From: Massalongia carnosa
Taxonomy: Eukaryota
Assembly (NCBI GenBank): GCA_965645245.1
Contig: OZ287081.1
Location: 1,550,001 to 1,614,000 of the forward strand
Length of the DNA stretch: 64,000 bases
Reading direction: 5' to 3'
Every line of letters begins with the position of its first letter. The first letter of the stretch is position 1. Below are positions 40,581 to 53,479 of this stretch, one piece after another. The position numbers were made by a program, and so were the translations under genes. Under the pieces are notes generated by a model. The model did no database searches, had not been told where the DNA came from, and saw only the letters and a list, made by a program, of their open reading frames with translations.

Positions 40581-41447
40581 CTCTCCACCAGCAGCACTAA
40601 TAGCAGCACCATCAGCAGCTATTAGCAAATCCACCCTACCCCACGTTACATTTTACTTGGTATGATTGTCCTATTTCTATCTATTTAGCTTATTTAGGTT
40701 CTGGAGCGAGGTTTAGCACTTTGACATGGTTGGGGATGTGTAGAGGGGTGAGGGGAAAAGTTAGTTGGTTAGATAGTAGATAGGGGACGGGGAAGGGGAC
40801 GGGAGAGGAAAAGGGGGGGAGGGGGGGTGTTGGTTGAGACAGAGGGGGAGAGAAGAGGACTCATTAGAGGAGGGAGGAAGGGAGGGATGGATGGCTCCGA
40901 TATTAATGTGTAAGCCAGTACCATGCCAGGGGAAGAGGGGGTGGAGGGGGGGTAGCTTTGCACGACGGCCTCTACATACGGTAGTTAACTACATAGTTAG
41001 ATTTTAAGATAACACTCGTACCGGGAGAACTGACTGATACATCGGGGCCTTTTGAGAGTATGGAGGGAGAATTTGGAGTGGTTCTGTCGAGTCTCGGGGT
41101 TAGGCATGGGGGGTTTGGTCGGGATTTGTGGGGTAAGTTTGTTAGAGGGGGGGGGGGAGGTTGGGGAGTAGAGATTCAGGTTTTCCTTTTTGGCGGGAGG
41201 GGAAGAAGAGATTGAGGTTTTGCGTTTATGGGGGGGGGATTGGGGGGTTCAAATGGTGGGTATGAGGTACCTAGCCGTTTTTCGAGTAGGGCTCTGGGTG
41301 ATATTGCAATTGAGGCATTGCTGGTAATAGAGATAGAGTTTGGCATGTGGAATGCAAAATTCGGGGGTTTGTATACAGTGTAGGATTGAAACGGAACAAG
41401 GGGAAAGGGAACTAGACTCTATTTTTTCGCGAAACGAGCTCTCTCCT

Positions 41448-42208
41448 CTAAAGAACCGAGAGGTCTCCGAATCTCTCCTGTATCAACTATTAGCCAAACA
41501 TCATCCAAGGGGGGGGGGAACGAAATAGAAAAACCAACCTTGTACCCAGGAACGCCCCACTTTCCTTTCGACACCAACTGATCCGTCCGTTCGTCGATAT
41601 CCGGTCTTGCGGCCACAACCTCGTCCTAAACCGCACATAGATAACGAATTAGCACCGCTTCCCAAGAAAAATAATCCCCCATCTCCTCCAGTCCCAGAGC
41701 AATCACTCACCACCGTCAAATCCTCAAACGGCCTCGCCGTCTCAATATTCCTCAACGTGGCATCCAGGCTCTTCAGCTCCTCGTCCACCCGCCCCTTGGT
41801 CTCCTCGGCGCTCTTGACCGCCTGGGCCTCAAAGGCCTCGATGGCCTTGATCTGCCGCCCGACATCGTACGTGACGGGCTTGAAGCGCTTGAAGTGGCCC
41901 TCCGTCTCGTCGACGATGGCGCGGTTGTTGAGCTGGGCACGGTAGGCGGTGAAGTCGACGGTTTGCGGCGCCGCGGCGAGGAGGGCGACTTTGCGGCGTG
42001 CATCGTCGTTGCGCTTTTTGAACGCGAGCAGGGAGGCGGCCGTTTGGCCTTTGAGGCCGAGCGAGCTGGTTACTTTTGCCCAGTCGAGTTTGGAGGCGGC
42101 GGAGCGCTGGGGGTCGGGGGGGGAGAATTTGGATTAGTTATGAGGGATAAAGGGAGGGGGGTTTTTTATGGCAGGAGGAGTGGGATTGAGACGTACTCCG
42201 ACAGCCAT
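41448..42208 (-). CDS. ATP7: Mitochondrial ATP synthase subunit d (4 exons)
   Basis: [87 protein letters not shown]. Confidence 0.95.
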
Positions 42209-42601
42209 TTTGTGTTGTTGGCAAGCAATGGGAATTTCAATGTTCTTAAAAGGGTTGGGTGAGAGTCGCAGGGTTGGAGCTCACTTCTGGCCAAGGGACA
42301 GACTAGTAAGGCTAGTCACGTGACTTAAGCTTCCTTACACGGTATAGTTACAAGAATAGCCCGATATGATGAGAGTAATATAGCTCTTATTTAGAGTGAT
42401 GTCAAAATTTGAAGGACTCGATCTCCAGTGAAGCAAAACGGATCCTCAAAACGTGCGATTATGCTTAAAAATGGGTGTCCCTGTCAAGTTGATGTATCAA
42501 TCACAGGTCCATGTCTCTGTGAAGACATCAACGGATTGCGCCAACATTCTGATAGCTTCAGTAACCCTTAATTCCTCCGTACATAACGCTTGCGATAGAG
42601 G

Positions 42602-43423
42602 TTATATGCTTAGTGCCATAATGGAATTGACAATGTCATTGCCGTTCTCCTTCAGCGCCTTCACAGCCTTGTTCCTCGACACGCCTGCTTGAGCCATAAC
42701 TAACTCAATATCCTTGGCTTCCAGCCCAGAATCGTCGACTTCCTCCCCATCATCCTCCTCATCATCTTTCTTCGCGTCCACTGACTCGATAGCCTTGCCC
42801 TTTCCGTGATCGTGCACGTGCGTGTGGCCAGCATGCGAATCGCCATTGCCGGCATGGTCGTCGGCGGAAGGTGTAATACCTTTAAGAGCGCTATCGCTGA
42901 CCTGGGAGCTGAGATCTTCAATCTTGGCTTCGCCGAAGATGCTGCGATTCTGTATTAGCGGCTGTGCAAAATTCAATGTGGAGATGAAACACATGCATCC
43001 AGGTGTTGCTTGAGGGAGATTTGTAGACATCAGGCTGATTGATGACAAAAAGGATCTTCAGTCACCACGTTAGCCTACATGTCCGTCCTCAAGCCTTGGG
43101 GAGAAGAATTCCTGGCATTGGCAGGATGAACTCTGTGTTTCATAGGAGTCTCCGATTATGCGACTTACATTCTTTGGTCTCCGTAGGGTAACCCTTGTAA
43201 TACCAGGAACATGTTTTAGGCCCAGCTTCGCAATTGACTTCCTTGCCTTCTTTTCATTGCGAGAGTGCACTTGAACAGAGGATCCAGCTGGGATGCCAGA
43301 TTCACCTTCGCCAACCGCGGCTTCATGGTCGTCGGAGTCAGAGCTGCTCGAAGCATCGTCAACTTCGGCGCCTTTTTTAGCTGGGGGGTCATCGGGCAGC
43401 TCTTCGATTCGGGGGTTCGACAT
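42602..43423 (-). CDS. EGD2: Nascent polypeptide-associated complex alpha subunit
   Basis: [50 protein letters not shown] domain [21 protein letters not shown]. Also has a 5' UTR intron. Confidence 0.95.
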
Positions 43424-44027
43424 TGAAATAAAGGTTCTGGGTTAAACGGCATAATGGTTAGCTGATTAGCTTTTTTGAAGTTATAGGCAAAATTTATGTT
43501 GCGGATGCGGATTTCACACTTTATCCTTTAGTTTCGTAAGAAGCTTACCTTGTGATATGGAATGGTATCTGATCAAGAGAGCGTACAAATTTTCGTCTTC
43601 GTTGATGGTGACCTAAAATCTATTTACCTACAAAGTTTAGTCGACAAAAGTCTCGGATCGCTAGGATCACAGATTCGGACAAACGCTTGGGCGCAAACTT
43701 TTACTATCTGGCTACAAAATTTATGTTTAAAGCTGCTCTTTGTGTTGCTTGCAGTTTGGGACAGTCTTGAAGTCTGCTTTAAGTAAAACTAGAAGCGATA
43801 ATGAAAACCAACGGAAATATATCATACTTCAAACGGGATGCAACTTCCCATCTACAACCACCGAATGATCAGTTCAATCAAGTACAAGTATCTAAGACCT
43901 GTTTGAAATTGGATTTTTGACCAGGTCGAAGAGAGCTTGAATTCTCTATGATCCTAGCATACAACATCCGTTGAACCATAGCAAGGAAACCTAACGATCA
44001 TGCACCTCTCCCGTTAACCGCGAATTA

Positions 44028-44651
44028 TCAAGACGCCTTTGCGGAGGCCCGTACTTTCGCGTGTGCCTTACGAATCTCGAATCTTGCCTGGGAAACTGTT
44101 AGCTAGCTCATCTGTAGCCATAAAATCCAGCCGCGCTTCTCTCCGGAAAGGCTAGTTGAAAAACAGCAGGTCGCGTGAAGATAAACATGTAAAATGCGTA
44201 CCTGCTTTCTTAACCGTAAGACCTTGAACCTCTCAAAGTCTGACAGGCCACGTCTCTTCTCCCGCTGTTCCCGTCGCTTCGCCCAAGCACTTTCATCCCA
44301 TTTTGCCTCGACCTCCTCCTTCGCCCATGCCTTTGCAACAGCGCCTCTACCAGCTGCGCGCGGAAGTTTTGGAATGACGATGGGAGTTATGATGAGATTT
44401 GAGAGCGAAACAGCTTGGCGTGGGATTGAGGCCTTTTCCTTTTTTGAAGGTCCGTCAACAAGGGCCTATAGTTAATTCTATTAAGACATTCCTCAAGCAA
44501 GGCTCCTGGTTACCAGAAAACATACGCGTTTGTGGTCAATGATCTCCACAATTACTGCCAGACGTCCAATGTATTGTCCGTGGGTAAAGAGTACCACACG
44601 CCCAACCTCAACTTGCCGCCACTCCGAAGCGTTGATCTCGATATCAGCCAT
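44028..44651 (-). CDS. RPL14: 60S ribosomal protein L14 (eL14), 3 coding exons
   Basis: [64 protein letters not shown]. Confidence 0.95.
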
Positions 44652-44995
44652 AATGGTAATACTCCTAGATACCCATCAGCTTAATAGCCACCGGCGGGAT
44701 TATATAGTAGGTTACCTATTGTTAAGGTAGTGCAGGCTTGAAAGGAAACCTGGGGCGTCTTGCGATCTTGAACTCAGATGTTCGTGGGCTCGCTAAATTC
44801 ACGCTACTGATCTGCGTCTTTGCCGCAATAGGTAAGACTAAAAGCTACTTATTTATCTAAACCACAAGAAAAATCCCCCTGCTCTTAACTTCTGTTCTCT
44901 TCCTCAGCCAGGAATGCTGTCTACAGCAAATTTCAAACATCAAAACTAAAATTTGAGGAGCAGAGTAAGATAACTTTTCTATTTTTCCCGGTTAC

Positions 44996-45103
44996 ATGGA
45001 ATGATGCTATAATTTGCGATTGACACTTGGCCTGGGAGTTTCTCGCCAGATTCTCGATTCAGACCAAGCCGAATGATATACAATCTTACATATTCTGACC
45101 CAT
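44996..45103 (+). ncRNA. Intronic box C/D snoRNA, snR87/U16-like (18S Am436-equivalent guide)
   Basis: Terminal stem ATGG/CCAT, box C ATGATGC at 45001, guide TAATTTGCG plus D' TTGA at 45020 (complementary to conserved 18S CGCAAATTA), C' ATGATAT, box D CTGA at 45095. Lies inside GT-AG intron 44965-45209. Confidence 0.8.
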
Positions 45104-45270
45104 TAGCCTTCCTTCTTGCTCAAAGCTTATCCCTTGGAACCTTCATTTACTGATTCGATTTTCATAGTTGTACGTTTTGGTCCATACTGACTGAGTGCAT
45201 GACGTCTAGTTCATGACGAGACTACCAAATGAATAGGTTAGTTGTCGTGTCTCTCTTTCTCTGTCCCTTA

Positions 45271-45356
45271 CCCAATGATTACAAAACACAAGCACTAGAT
45301 AGTAAGTGACTCCTTCGGGGAATGATCATACTTTGTAACACCAAGATCACTGAGGG
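45271..45356 (+). ncRNA. Intronic box C/D snoRNA, U24/snR24-like (25S Cm1437-equivalent guide)
   Basis: Terminal stem CCC/GGG, box C ATGATTA at 45275, UUCG hairpin, C' ATGATCA, guide CACCAAGATC (complementary to LSU GATCTTGGTG) before box D CTGA at 45350. Lies inside intron 45237-45422. Confidence 0.82.
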
Positions 45357-47413
45357 CAAACATATTCTCAAGTCTATACCGCTCACTTCTTGGCTACTGA
45401 CGCTGATTCGTTATCGAGACAGGTATGGACTCAGGAAAATATAAGTGAGGACGTATCAGCCGCTGGATACGACCATTAGCTTTTAGTGGCTCTATTCATG
45501 CCTACTCATGTATGATTACTCAAACTCATTACACTTCCGGGCTCTCCATATTCCTAGTTACTATATTTGAAATTCAATGTAATCTCTGTTGCTCTTCTCA
45601 TTTGCAACTATGAGCGAGCGAAAATTTAATATTCAAACCTCCTATCGTTATTTTTACAGCTCGAATTGCTAAAGCACATTAAAACCTAAACTTGCAAGGT
45701 ATCAACATCTTACCGGGGCCCCCAAGCTATTCTCAAGTAATATGAAGAAAGCGCACAACCATTTGATATTCCAACCGCAGTGAAAAAGCGGTGTATTACC
45801 AACGCACGCGTCATGCTAGCTTTCTTATCCAAATGTAGCGACCTATTCTGCTTTCGCCACAAACGCCCCTCGGTGCTAACCTCGAAATATAAATCTTGAA
45901 TAGTACATATCTAGAAAAGAAAAGAAAAGCGACACAGAAATTCGCAGGAATACCTCCGGCATCCACAAAAATTCCGTTTACGTGCCTATCTCTGGCAGAA
46001 CATCAATGCCGTGTCAATTACGTCTCTGAACTTGGGAGGGAGCGCGTGGGTTAGGCTCAGGGAATAGCATAACACGCGAATACGTCTTTCTCCTAAATCT
46101 TAGGTCTTAAATCCAAGTATTCCAAAGCACGGAATAAAGTGGTGTACAATAAACTGGGGATGCTTAGTATGTTCTCTCCTCGCTCGTCCCAAAAATTGGG
46201 AATGTCCATATACAAAACAGCCCACAAGTCTCCTACGACTCCTTTGCTAATATACTTCCATAGCTAACGACGACGACAAACTTGTGAAGAGGATCTGTCG
46301 TTTCTGTCCGCTGCTCTAACTAACTAAAAGGGGTTTTTCTTTTATGTCTAAATCAATTTTTTATCTTGTGTTTTCTAAAACGATTTCCCGAGTCCAAAAT
46401 GAGACATGTTTTTAGTACGATCAGGAGCTACGGTGCGGGGTTTATCGTGTCTGCTTGGCTTATTTCACCCCTTTTCTGGAAGATTAGGGTTTTGGGAGGC
46501 GGATGACATCTCGCTTTTTCTCTCTTTTCCTTCTTGCGAAGCTAGACTTCATAGGTACCTCCATCTATTTATCCTATATATAGATAGTTATATTTACTTG
46601 TGCTTTCCAATTGCTTCCCTCATCACTTCCTTTCCGTTACAACCAGCCCTCCTCCATTAGTGTATTATTCGTCCTAACCTTTTTTAAAGCCTTTCAACTA
46701 TTACTGCCTCATCTCATTCTCGTCTTCTCGACTTCTCGACTTCTCATCTTCTCATCCTCCCCTTCATCCCCTCCATACCTCCCTGCCTCCCTCGTCCCCC
46801 CCCCTCCTGGGTCCCCTCCTTCCTTTCCTGTACCATCCATCTCTCCCTGCGCCCCTGCCGCCCCCCCCCCAAAAACTAGCAAACTAGCAAACTAGCGAAA
46901 CGGCAGATGAAAAGTTGATAGATAGGCAAGTGTAGAATACAAGTAGTAGAGAAGTGGGCAGATAACGAGAAGAGTGAAATGGGGGGGGGGCAAGAGATAT
47001 AAAGAAAGAGAGATAGATAGAAAGCTGAGTAGCGATGAACGAGAAAGGGTTGTCAGGGAAGCGAGTTGAGAAGAGAGAAGGGAGTTTTTTATTGACATGT
47101 GGAAATGGAAGGCTGAGAATTTTGTGGGGCGGGTAGAACCTTGGTATCTGAGGAATATGATTGATATGAAACAAGGGATGAATTGATGATTATGTGTACA
47201 TATGATTGACGAAAATCTTGATGAATTTGATTGAATGAGATCGAAAGATCGAATCTCAAACCCTGAGTTTAGAGTATTCAGATTCTTGGGAAAAGGTTTT
47301 AGGCCCAGGGGGGTTGGAAGCTAGCAAAAATAAGTTATACCTATATGGAGCTGCAAGTTTATTTATTTATTTTTGAGAATTCGCCCGCCTAGGTTTTAAT
47401 CGTCTAATCTCGT

Positions 47414-49206
47414 TTAATATTCCCCATTCTTTCCCTCCCTCTCCCTTCCCGGACAAGCCCGCAGACACTGGACTAAATCTCCGGCTTTGACCCTTGCGAA
47501 CCCCTGCCCGACATCGTCGATGCCAATTCCAAGCACTACTTCATCATCCAGATATCCCACATTCTTATCCTCCACCTCGTCCTTATCCCTGCCCCACGCG
47601 TACGAGATGCTCACCGTGTAGGTGAAATATGCCCATAAATCCTTGCCACCGAAAGGCTCGCTCGTCATGTTTCCGCGTTTGGTCTGCTCTACGATCTTCG
47701 CGTTGGCCGCATCATCGACCCAGTTCTGGGAAGCGGACCATCCGGATGCCGTCTCATTGGCCATGAGGATAGGGTGCTGTGATATACCCAGCATGGTGAA
47801 GGGAGGCACGGCGGCCCAGATGATGAAATATCGCTCATACCGAAGGGGGAGCTTCAAGAAATTCGGAAATTTACGATGTACGACAGCAAAGAAAACTGTG
47901 TTATCGGTCGTCCGCCTGCAGTCAGAGTCTGTACGTACACAGAGCACCAGGCGGAGGGAGTTGGTAGCCTGGTGCCATTTGCCACCTCTTTTGACAATGT
48001 CAGGTTCCTTTTCAGCCTCGAGTTCGCGGAGGCAGGGAATTTCAAGGAAATCGGTAAGGTTTGTGGTGGTGAGACCGCTGCCAAGAAGCTTGGCGAAGGT
48101 ACGGCCTCTACCGCCGTTATAAGGGTCAGAGAGGTCGTAGTGGAGGTAGGATTCCCCCGAGGCTGGAAAGAAAAGAAACCAATTTTTCTCGATTGCAGAC
48201 CGAGTGTCAGCGGGATTGCGGGTGAGTTCTGTCAGGGTAGGGTAGGACTTCAAAGGCCCAAGGGATGGGCGGGTCGGGGACGACGCCAGTAGGGATTGGA
48301 GGGGTGGATATAGGGTTCGGAGATCTATCATCCAGAGACCAAAACAGGCATAGCGAGATCTGTGACAGGATTTTTAGATAGAGTCGTCACGTTTTAGGAA
48401 AGATGTGTTTACTGTGTGTTGACCATCATCAGTGGTTCTCCTTTCCCACTCCAGAATACGCGCGGGTCATGGAAGCCCGGAATATCAACATAACTTCCAA
48501 ACTTTCCTTGACAATTCTCTGCAGGCGTAGGAGGAACACTGAGGGTTACAGGCGCAGAAACACATCTCATACCACCAGCCGGACCCATGTAGAGAAGATC
48601 ATCCGCCGAACAAGGCTTCTCGCCTGGTCTGGCATGCTTTCCAGACCCACCATAGCAGATGTTTGCCTCACATAACACGTTCTGCTGATGGTTTCCATCC
48701 GTGACGATCCTGCTGACAACTAGATACTGATTCTCGGACCAGTATGGAAGAGAAATGATGGTTGGGTTCCAGAAAACCCTGGTCTCATGTTTTGTAGCGC
48801 CGGGGGGGACCTGGGTGATGTTTTGGACAATGTTTGGCAGTCTGATGTGGTTGGTATACCGATTGGGTAGCACATTACACTGAAATAAAAACTGCAGGGT
48901 TGGGTCAAGGATTGGCTGGAATAGCGACGATTTCGATGTTTGATTTGACGCTTTGCCACCTCGCGATTGAGTATAGAAGAATTCTTTGGGAGGTGAGAGA
49001 TGATTATTGGACGAGTCAGTGGTAGGTAAAGGCGTTGGAAGGTCCGCTATGGGTACATGAATGCCTTCGAGTGTTGCTGGAGGCGAATTTATCACAAAAG
49101 AATGCAAAGTGGTATGCACAAGTAGCTTTGACCGGTAAAAGACAATGATGGTAAGAAGGACGATGGCTGGAAGCAGGAGACGACGCAACGGAGGCAAGTA
49201 AAACAT
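47414..49206 (-). CDS. Type II membrane-anchored protein, possibly beta-mannosyltransferase (GT91/GH130-like propeller)
   Basis: N-terminal TM anchor, FWNPTII, GFHDPRVF and EKNW motifs. One intron near 48361-48413. Confidence 0.6.
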
Positions 49207-49845
49207 TTTTCAGGTTGAATACTACTTACCAAAAGATTGGCCTGCTCAATATGATGAAGGAAGAGAGAGAATTGTTATGCCTGACAATATAATCATCCCC
49301 AGCTAGGTACTCGTACCTGGTAAGCCTTCAAGTAAGCACGTGATGCGTGGATAACCCTAAGTGGCCCATCAACTCCCGAATACAAACCTACGAGGTAAAA
49401 CGAAGTGTTCAGTCGGGCCTTGCTAGCTAGATAGGTAGCTCAGATATTGAACGCCAGCTTAGGAGTTCTTCGCCATCCTGATATAACGTTCATCAAATAA
49501 ATCATGCCCATGGAGCAACGGACTCTTTTCATCCACATCGCCACAATGGATTTCGGCATGGTGGCAAGCAACTTTAGATAAGGTAGTGGAGAAACACTCC
49601 TGTGCTCCATTCCAATGAGCACTGCATTAGTTATTAAATCCTGCGAATACTTACAAGGCCCTGCTGAAGCAGGAAAGATATGTGAGATTTCGACCATCAA
49701 CCTCTAGAGATAACGTAACTACCGCTGTCCAGGAACCTTTCAGCAACAGAAAGTGTTACCCACTTAAACGCCTTCGCTCTAGAAATAGAACCCTATATCA
49801 TTGAGCACGTAGCAATGTCCCAAAAACTAAATCTTGACGGTAAGA

Positions 49846-51682
49846 TTACCTTCTTCCATCCCCATCATCGTCTTCATCTTCATCATCTTCACTTCCCTCT
49901 TCTTCATCCCATCCTTCAGCCTCAAGGCCCTCGCCACGGATTCCCAGGCTCATGAGAAAGCCGATAAAAGTTATACCGCCGAACACTCCAAATGCCAGAG
50001 CTTCGCCCTTGGGTCTGACTCGAGTAGCAAGTGTGAAAAGACCACCGGAAAGGAATGGGCCAACCGCACGGCCTGCAGCAGAAAGAGTTTGAGCAAGCCC
50101 GTTCAACGTGCCGAGCACAGAGTGATTAGGCGCGGAATTAGTGATCTGTGAGCCAGTCAGTTTCTCCAGCTCTCAAGAGTTTGCTTTCAAGGTAGTTTGC
50201 AGCAGAGCTTACCAACAGCAAAGCACTCGTCAAGCAACCTACAGCGGCCAAGGACCGCACTAAAAGCACAAAGCCCAACTCCACGTAAAGCCAACCCTTG
50301 CCACTAGAGGTACGCTCATGCCCACTCATCACATGTTTATAACCGACCCAAGGTGTCAACAAAAATGCCAGACCCATCCCGGCTAGGCAGACTCTATAAG
50401 TGATTATATTGCCCATTTTGTCGCGAAGTTTCCCAAATATTCCGATTTGGAAGAGAATTGTAGCAGCACCTGCAAATGCAAGAGATATTCCGATCTCCTC
50501 TGGCGAAAGCCCCCGGCCCGTGGGAGGAGAAGCTTGACCGAAAATTGGATATAGAGAATTATATGAAACATTCGCCAATTGAAATATGCTATATGTGCTT
50601 AGCAGTAAAAGTGTGTTCCGGTTGAATATACGGTTCTGTGATATACTCGTTGCATGTTGAGGAAGTAAAGTCGGAAGCGACGCCTGAGAAGTTCCATCCG
50701 AATCCGAATCCAAGTCCTCGCTCATAGCAGCATCACCGTCTACTGTGGATGAATCATGATGACGATTATGGCGGTGTTGATGACTGTGGTGATGGTGCTT
50801 TGCTCCTTTCAGATAGGTTGGACGGCTTGAACTTGCGAACTGCCACACCCAGCTGAACAAACTTCCTACTCTCTTGCCAAGAGGGGGTAGATCTTTCGCT
50901 CCTTCGAGGCTTTCCTCCAGAAAGATCATAGTTAGTATTAGGTCAAGCAGGAGGACTGCTGCCGCAACCAGATTAGGTCGTAGAAATGGATATGGATTCT
51001 TCAACGAGCGTGCACTGCTGGAGACTAAAAGACCGCCGACAATAGGCCCAGTGATACCACCCAGCCCATATACAACAGGTAGATATACGAAAGCACGAGA
51101 CTGGTTGCTCCGATCAGTTACCTCCCCAAGACAGGTCGATACAACACCCTGGTTTCCGTTCACCATCCCCATCAACACTTGTATCACTATTGCCTGCCCC
51201 AGAGTCCTACAGAAGCCAAAAGCAACGAAGCACGCGGCTGTGAGAATAGTTCCAGTCAACACCACAGGCTTCCTCCCTATCCGATCAGACAGCCATCCCC
51301 AGAAGAAGTTGGTAGCGAATTGAGCAAGGGCAAAAGACGAAGCGGTGATGCCGACATAAAATCCGACTTGTGAGGGCTCAACTTCCGGAAATGAAGAGGT
51401 CATTAGAGGAAGATAGGGGCTGATTGAATTCAAGGCTGTCTGCTCCGAAAGAGCTATTATTGCAAGCATGACTAGTTGCCTGGTGGGAAGCGGGGATCCA
51501 ACATGCTTCGATGCATGAGAGTCGTGTTGGCCATCTTGATTACGATCGTGAGAGGCCGGAGGTGATACTGATGGAGGCTGGCCCCTGGACTTTGGGGGAG
51601 GAGTTGGAAAGGTCTGATAATGAGGCGTCGATGATTTCCGTCGCTCCAATGTAGAACTTCCTGTGAGCCTGAGTCGGCCCAT
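49846..51682 (-). CDS. MFS transporter (DHA1/YCR023C-like)
   Basis: WGWLSDRIGRKPV motif A and about 12 hydrophobic segments. Last exon ITNSAP..GTLNGLAQTLSAAGRAVGP. Confidence 0.92.
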
Positions 51683-51920
51683 TGCACGGGAAGAATTTTT
51701 CGTAAAGTAATGGAATCGCTAATTCAGGCATGGAGCACTCTGATTTCGTCAGGTCGTGACTCTAATCACAGCGAATTGAGAAATCATGGGAGCGAAGATT
51801 TCTACACTCTTCGTGCCTATCTCGGCTTATCAGAGTCATCTAAGCGACGGAGATCTTCGGCGTTTATTTTTTTGGAATGTGGATCGTGCGCATGCACGCG
51901 TTCACGCGTGGACAAGTTGG

Positions 51921-53365
51921 CACGCGGGTGAGAAAAAAATGACAACGACGTGGGGGCCGTTTACCCCAAATTTTGCATGCATTCCCCCTTTTCAATTACG
52001 ATTATACAGTGTTTACACAAGAAAAATTCAATGTAATAACCAGTTATTGCACCTTCACCATCTAGTACTGCCTGCAGTCTATCAGGCATTGATCGCACCC
52101 GTTTATTGATGAAATCCTGAGAAACACGAGTCCAAACCTCCAAAATCAACTCCTTTAGAGTAGCATCATCCTAGTGTGGATATTTACGAAGATGTTGCTT
52201 AATCGGTAGCCAGCAGTTCTCGATTGGAGACAAATCAGGAGAAGACGAACAGTTAAAATAATGATTCAAATGATTGGTTTCCTTCCATGTCTTGACTGCA
52301 TTTCGGGTTCTACCAGTGCCATGTCCGGAGTCCCCATCTTCTTCTAAAACGAAGTCGTCACCTCGATCAAGCCAAGACTTGACGAAGGGATTGAGAATAG
52401 AGTCGATGTAGACCTGATAAGTCATCTTTCCATTGCTATTTCCAGGAACATCGTAAAAGACGAGCTCAGACTTGAAATTATATCCAGCTGCAGCCCAACA
52501 ATGCATTCGTTTTCGATCTTTTCCAGGAGGGGGATCACGATGCTGAATACAATCCCATCTATATCGAGTACCAGGCTGTCTTATGATTCGTAGTTGACCT
52601 TCGGGTCCATATCCAAAATGCACTTCGTCGCTGAATCGAACACGACTCCAGTCTTCGGGTTTGGGGTATTTTTTCAGCATAACACGAGCGAACTCCATTC
52701 TGCGTTCCATTGGAACGTCTTTCAGTCATTCTTTCACACATACGAGGCATTTTTCATAGTCTAATGCGGCTTGAAGAATGCGATGCATAGTACGACCCAC
52801 TACCTCAGCGTTGACCTCGAGAGCAATTTGATCCCAAGTATAATGCTTGCCTTTGAGCATTAAATCATCGTCTTGTAGAATATGATCAGCTTCTCGCACC
52901 TGCTAGCCTGTGATCTTTGATTTTCGACCCCGAGTTTCATTTAGTTCAGTAATATTGTGACGAGTTCGTGTTGGAATACTCGCTTAGCCCCATTAGTTCT
53001 AGCTCAGCCCTGCAGGCTGCCATGACTACTACACGTATAAGCAGTCACCTCCGTAGTAATTTCAACATTATGCCGTCAACTGTTTATTTAACAGTTCGTG
53101 AAGAAGATCCTGCTTAATCATTCTGTATCTAGCTCTTTCCTCAACGTTAAATTCTCTGAAAATATCACGAACATCATGCGAAAGTCATTTCGCAACAAGA
53201 AACTGATGAGCTCCCTGTACCTTGGCCTTTTGAGCGTATCATAGTGAGATTTCGGGGCATTTTATATAGGAATAATGGTGAAAAGGTGGATGAGAACGAA
53301 ATAAAGGGAGAAATTTTGGTGGGGTAAACGCCCCCCACGTTGTCATTTTTTTTGTCACCCGCGTG
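51921..53365 (-). mobile_element. Tc1/IS630-like DNA transposon (DD38E), inactivated
   Basis: About 50-bp imperfect TIRs starting CACGCGGGTG. Transposase remnant (~53260-52040) with FSDEVHF, EEDGDSGH, SPDLSPIENCW, several stops and frameshifts. Flanked by GTTGG on both sides. Confidence 0.92.
52969..53093 (+). mobile_element. Solo LTR (125 bp) nested in the Tc1-like transposase
   Basis: TGTT...AACA ends with 5-bp TSD GTTCG (52964-52968 and 53094-53098). Removing it rejoins transposase SSRT-RHN. Internal TATAAG. Confidence 0.8.
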
Positions 53366-53479
53366 GTTGGGTAACCACCTAGCGGAAGTACATGATACCA
53401 GATTACAGTAAGAGTCTGTATAAACGAGGATTACAGTAAACAGGATTATTTGTCTGTTGATTGACGTTAAATTGCTGTT

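Noticed and set aside
45423..45660. Third snoRNA after the GTATGG donor-like site
   Set aside because: C-like boxes are present, but there is no convincing D box, terminal stem or recognisable guide.
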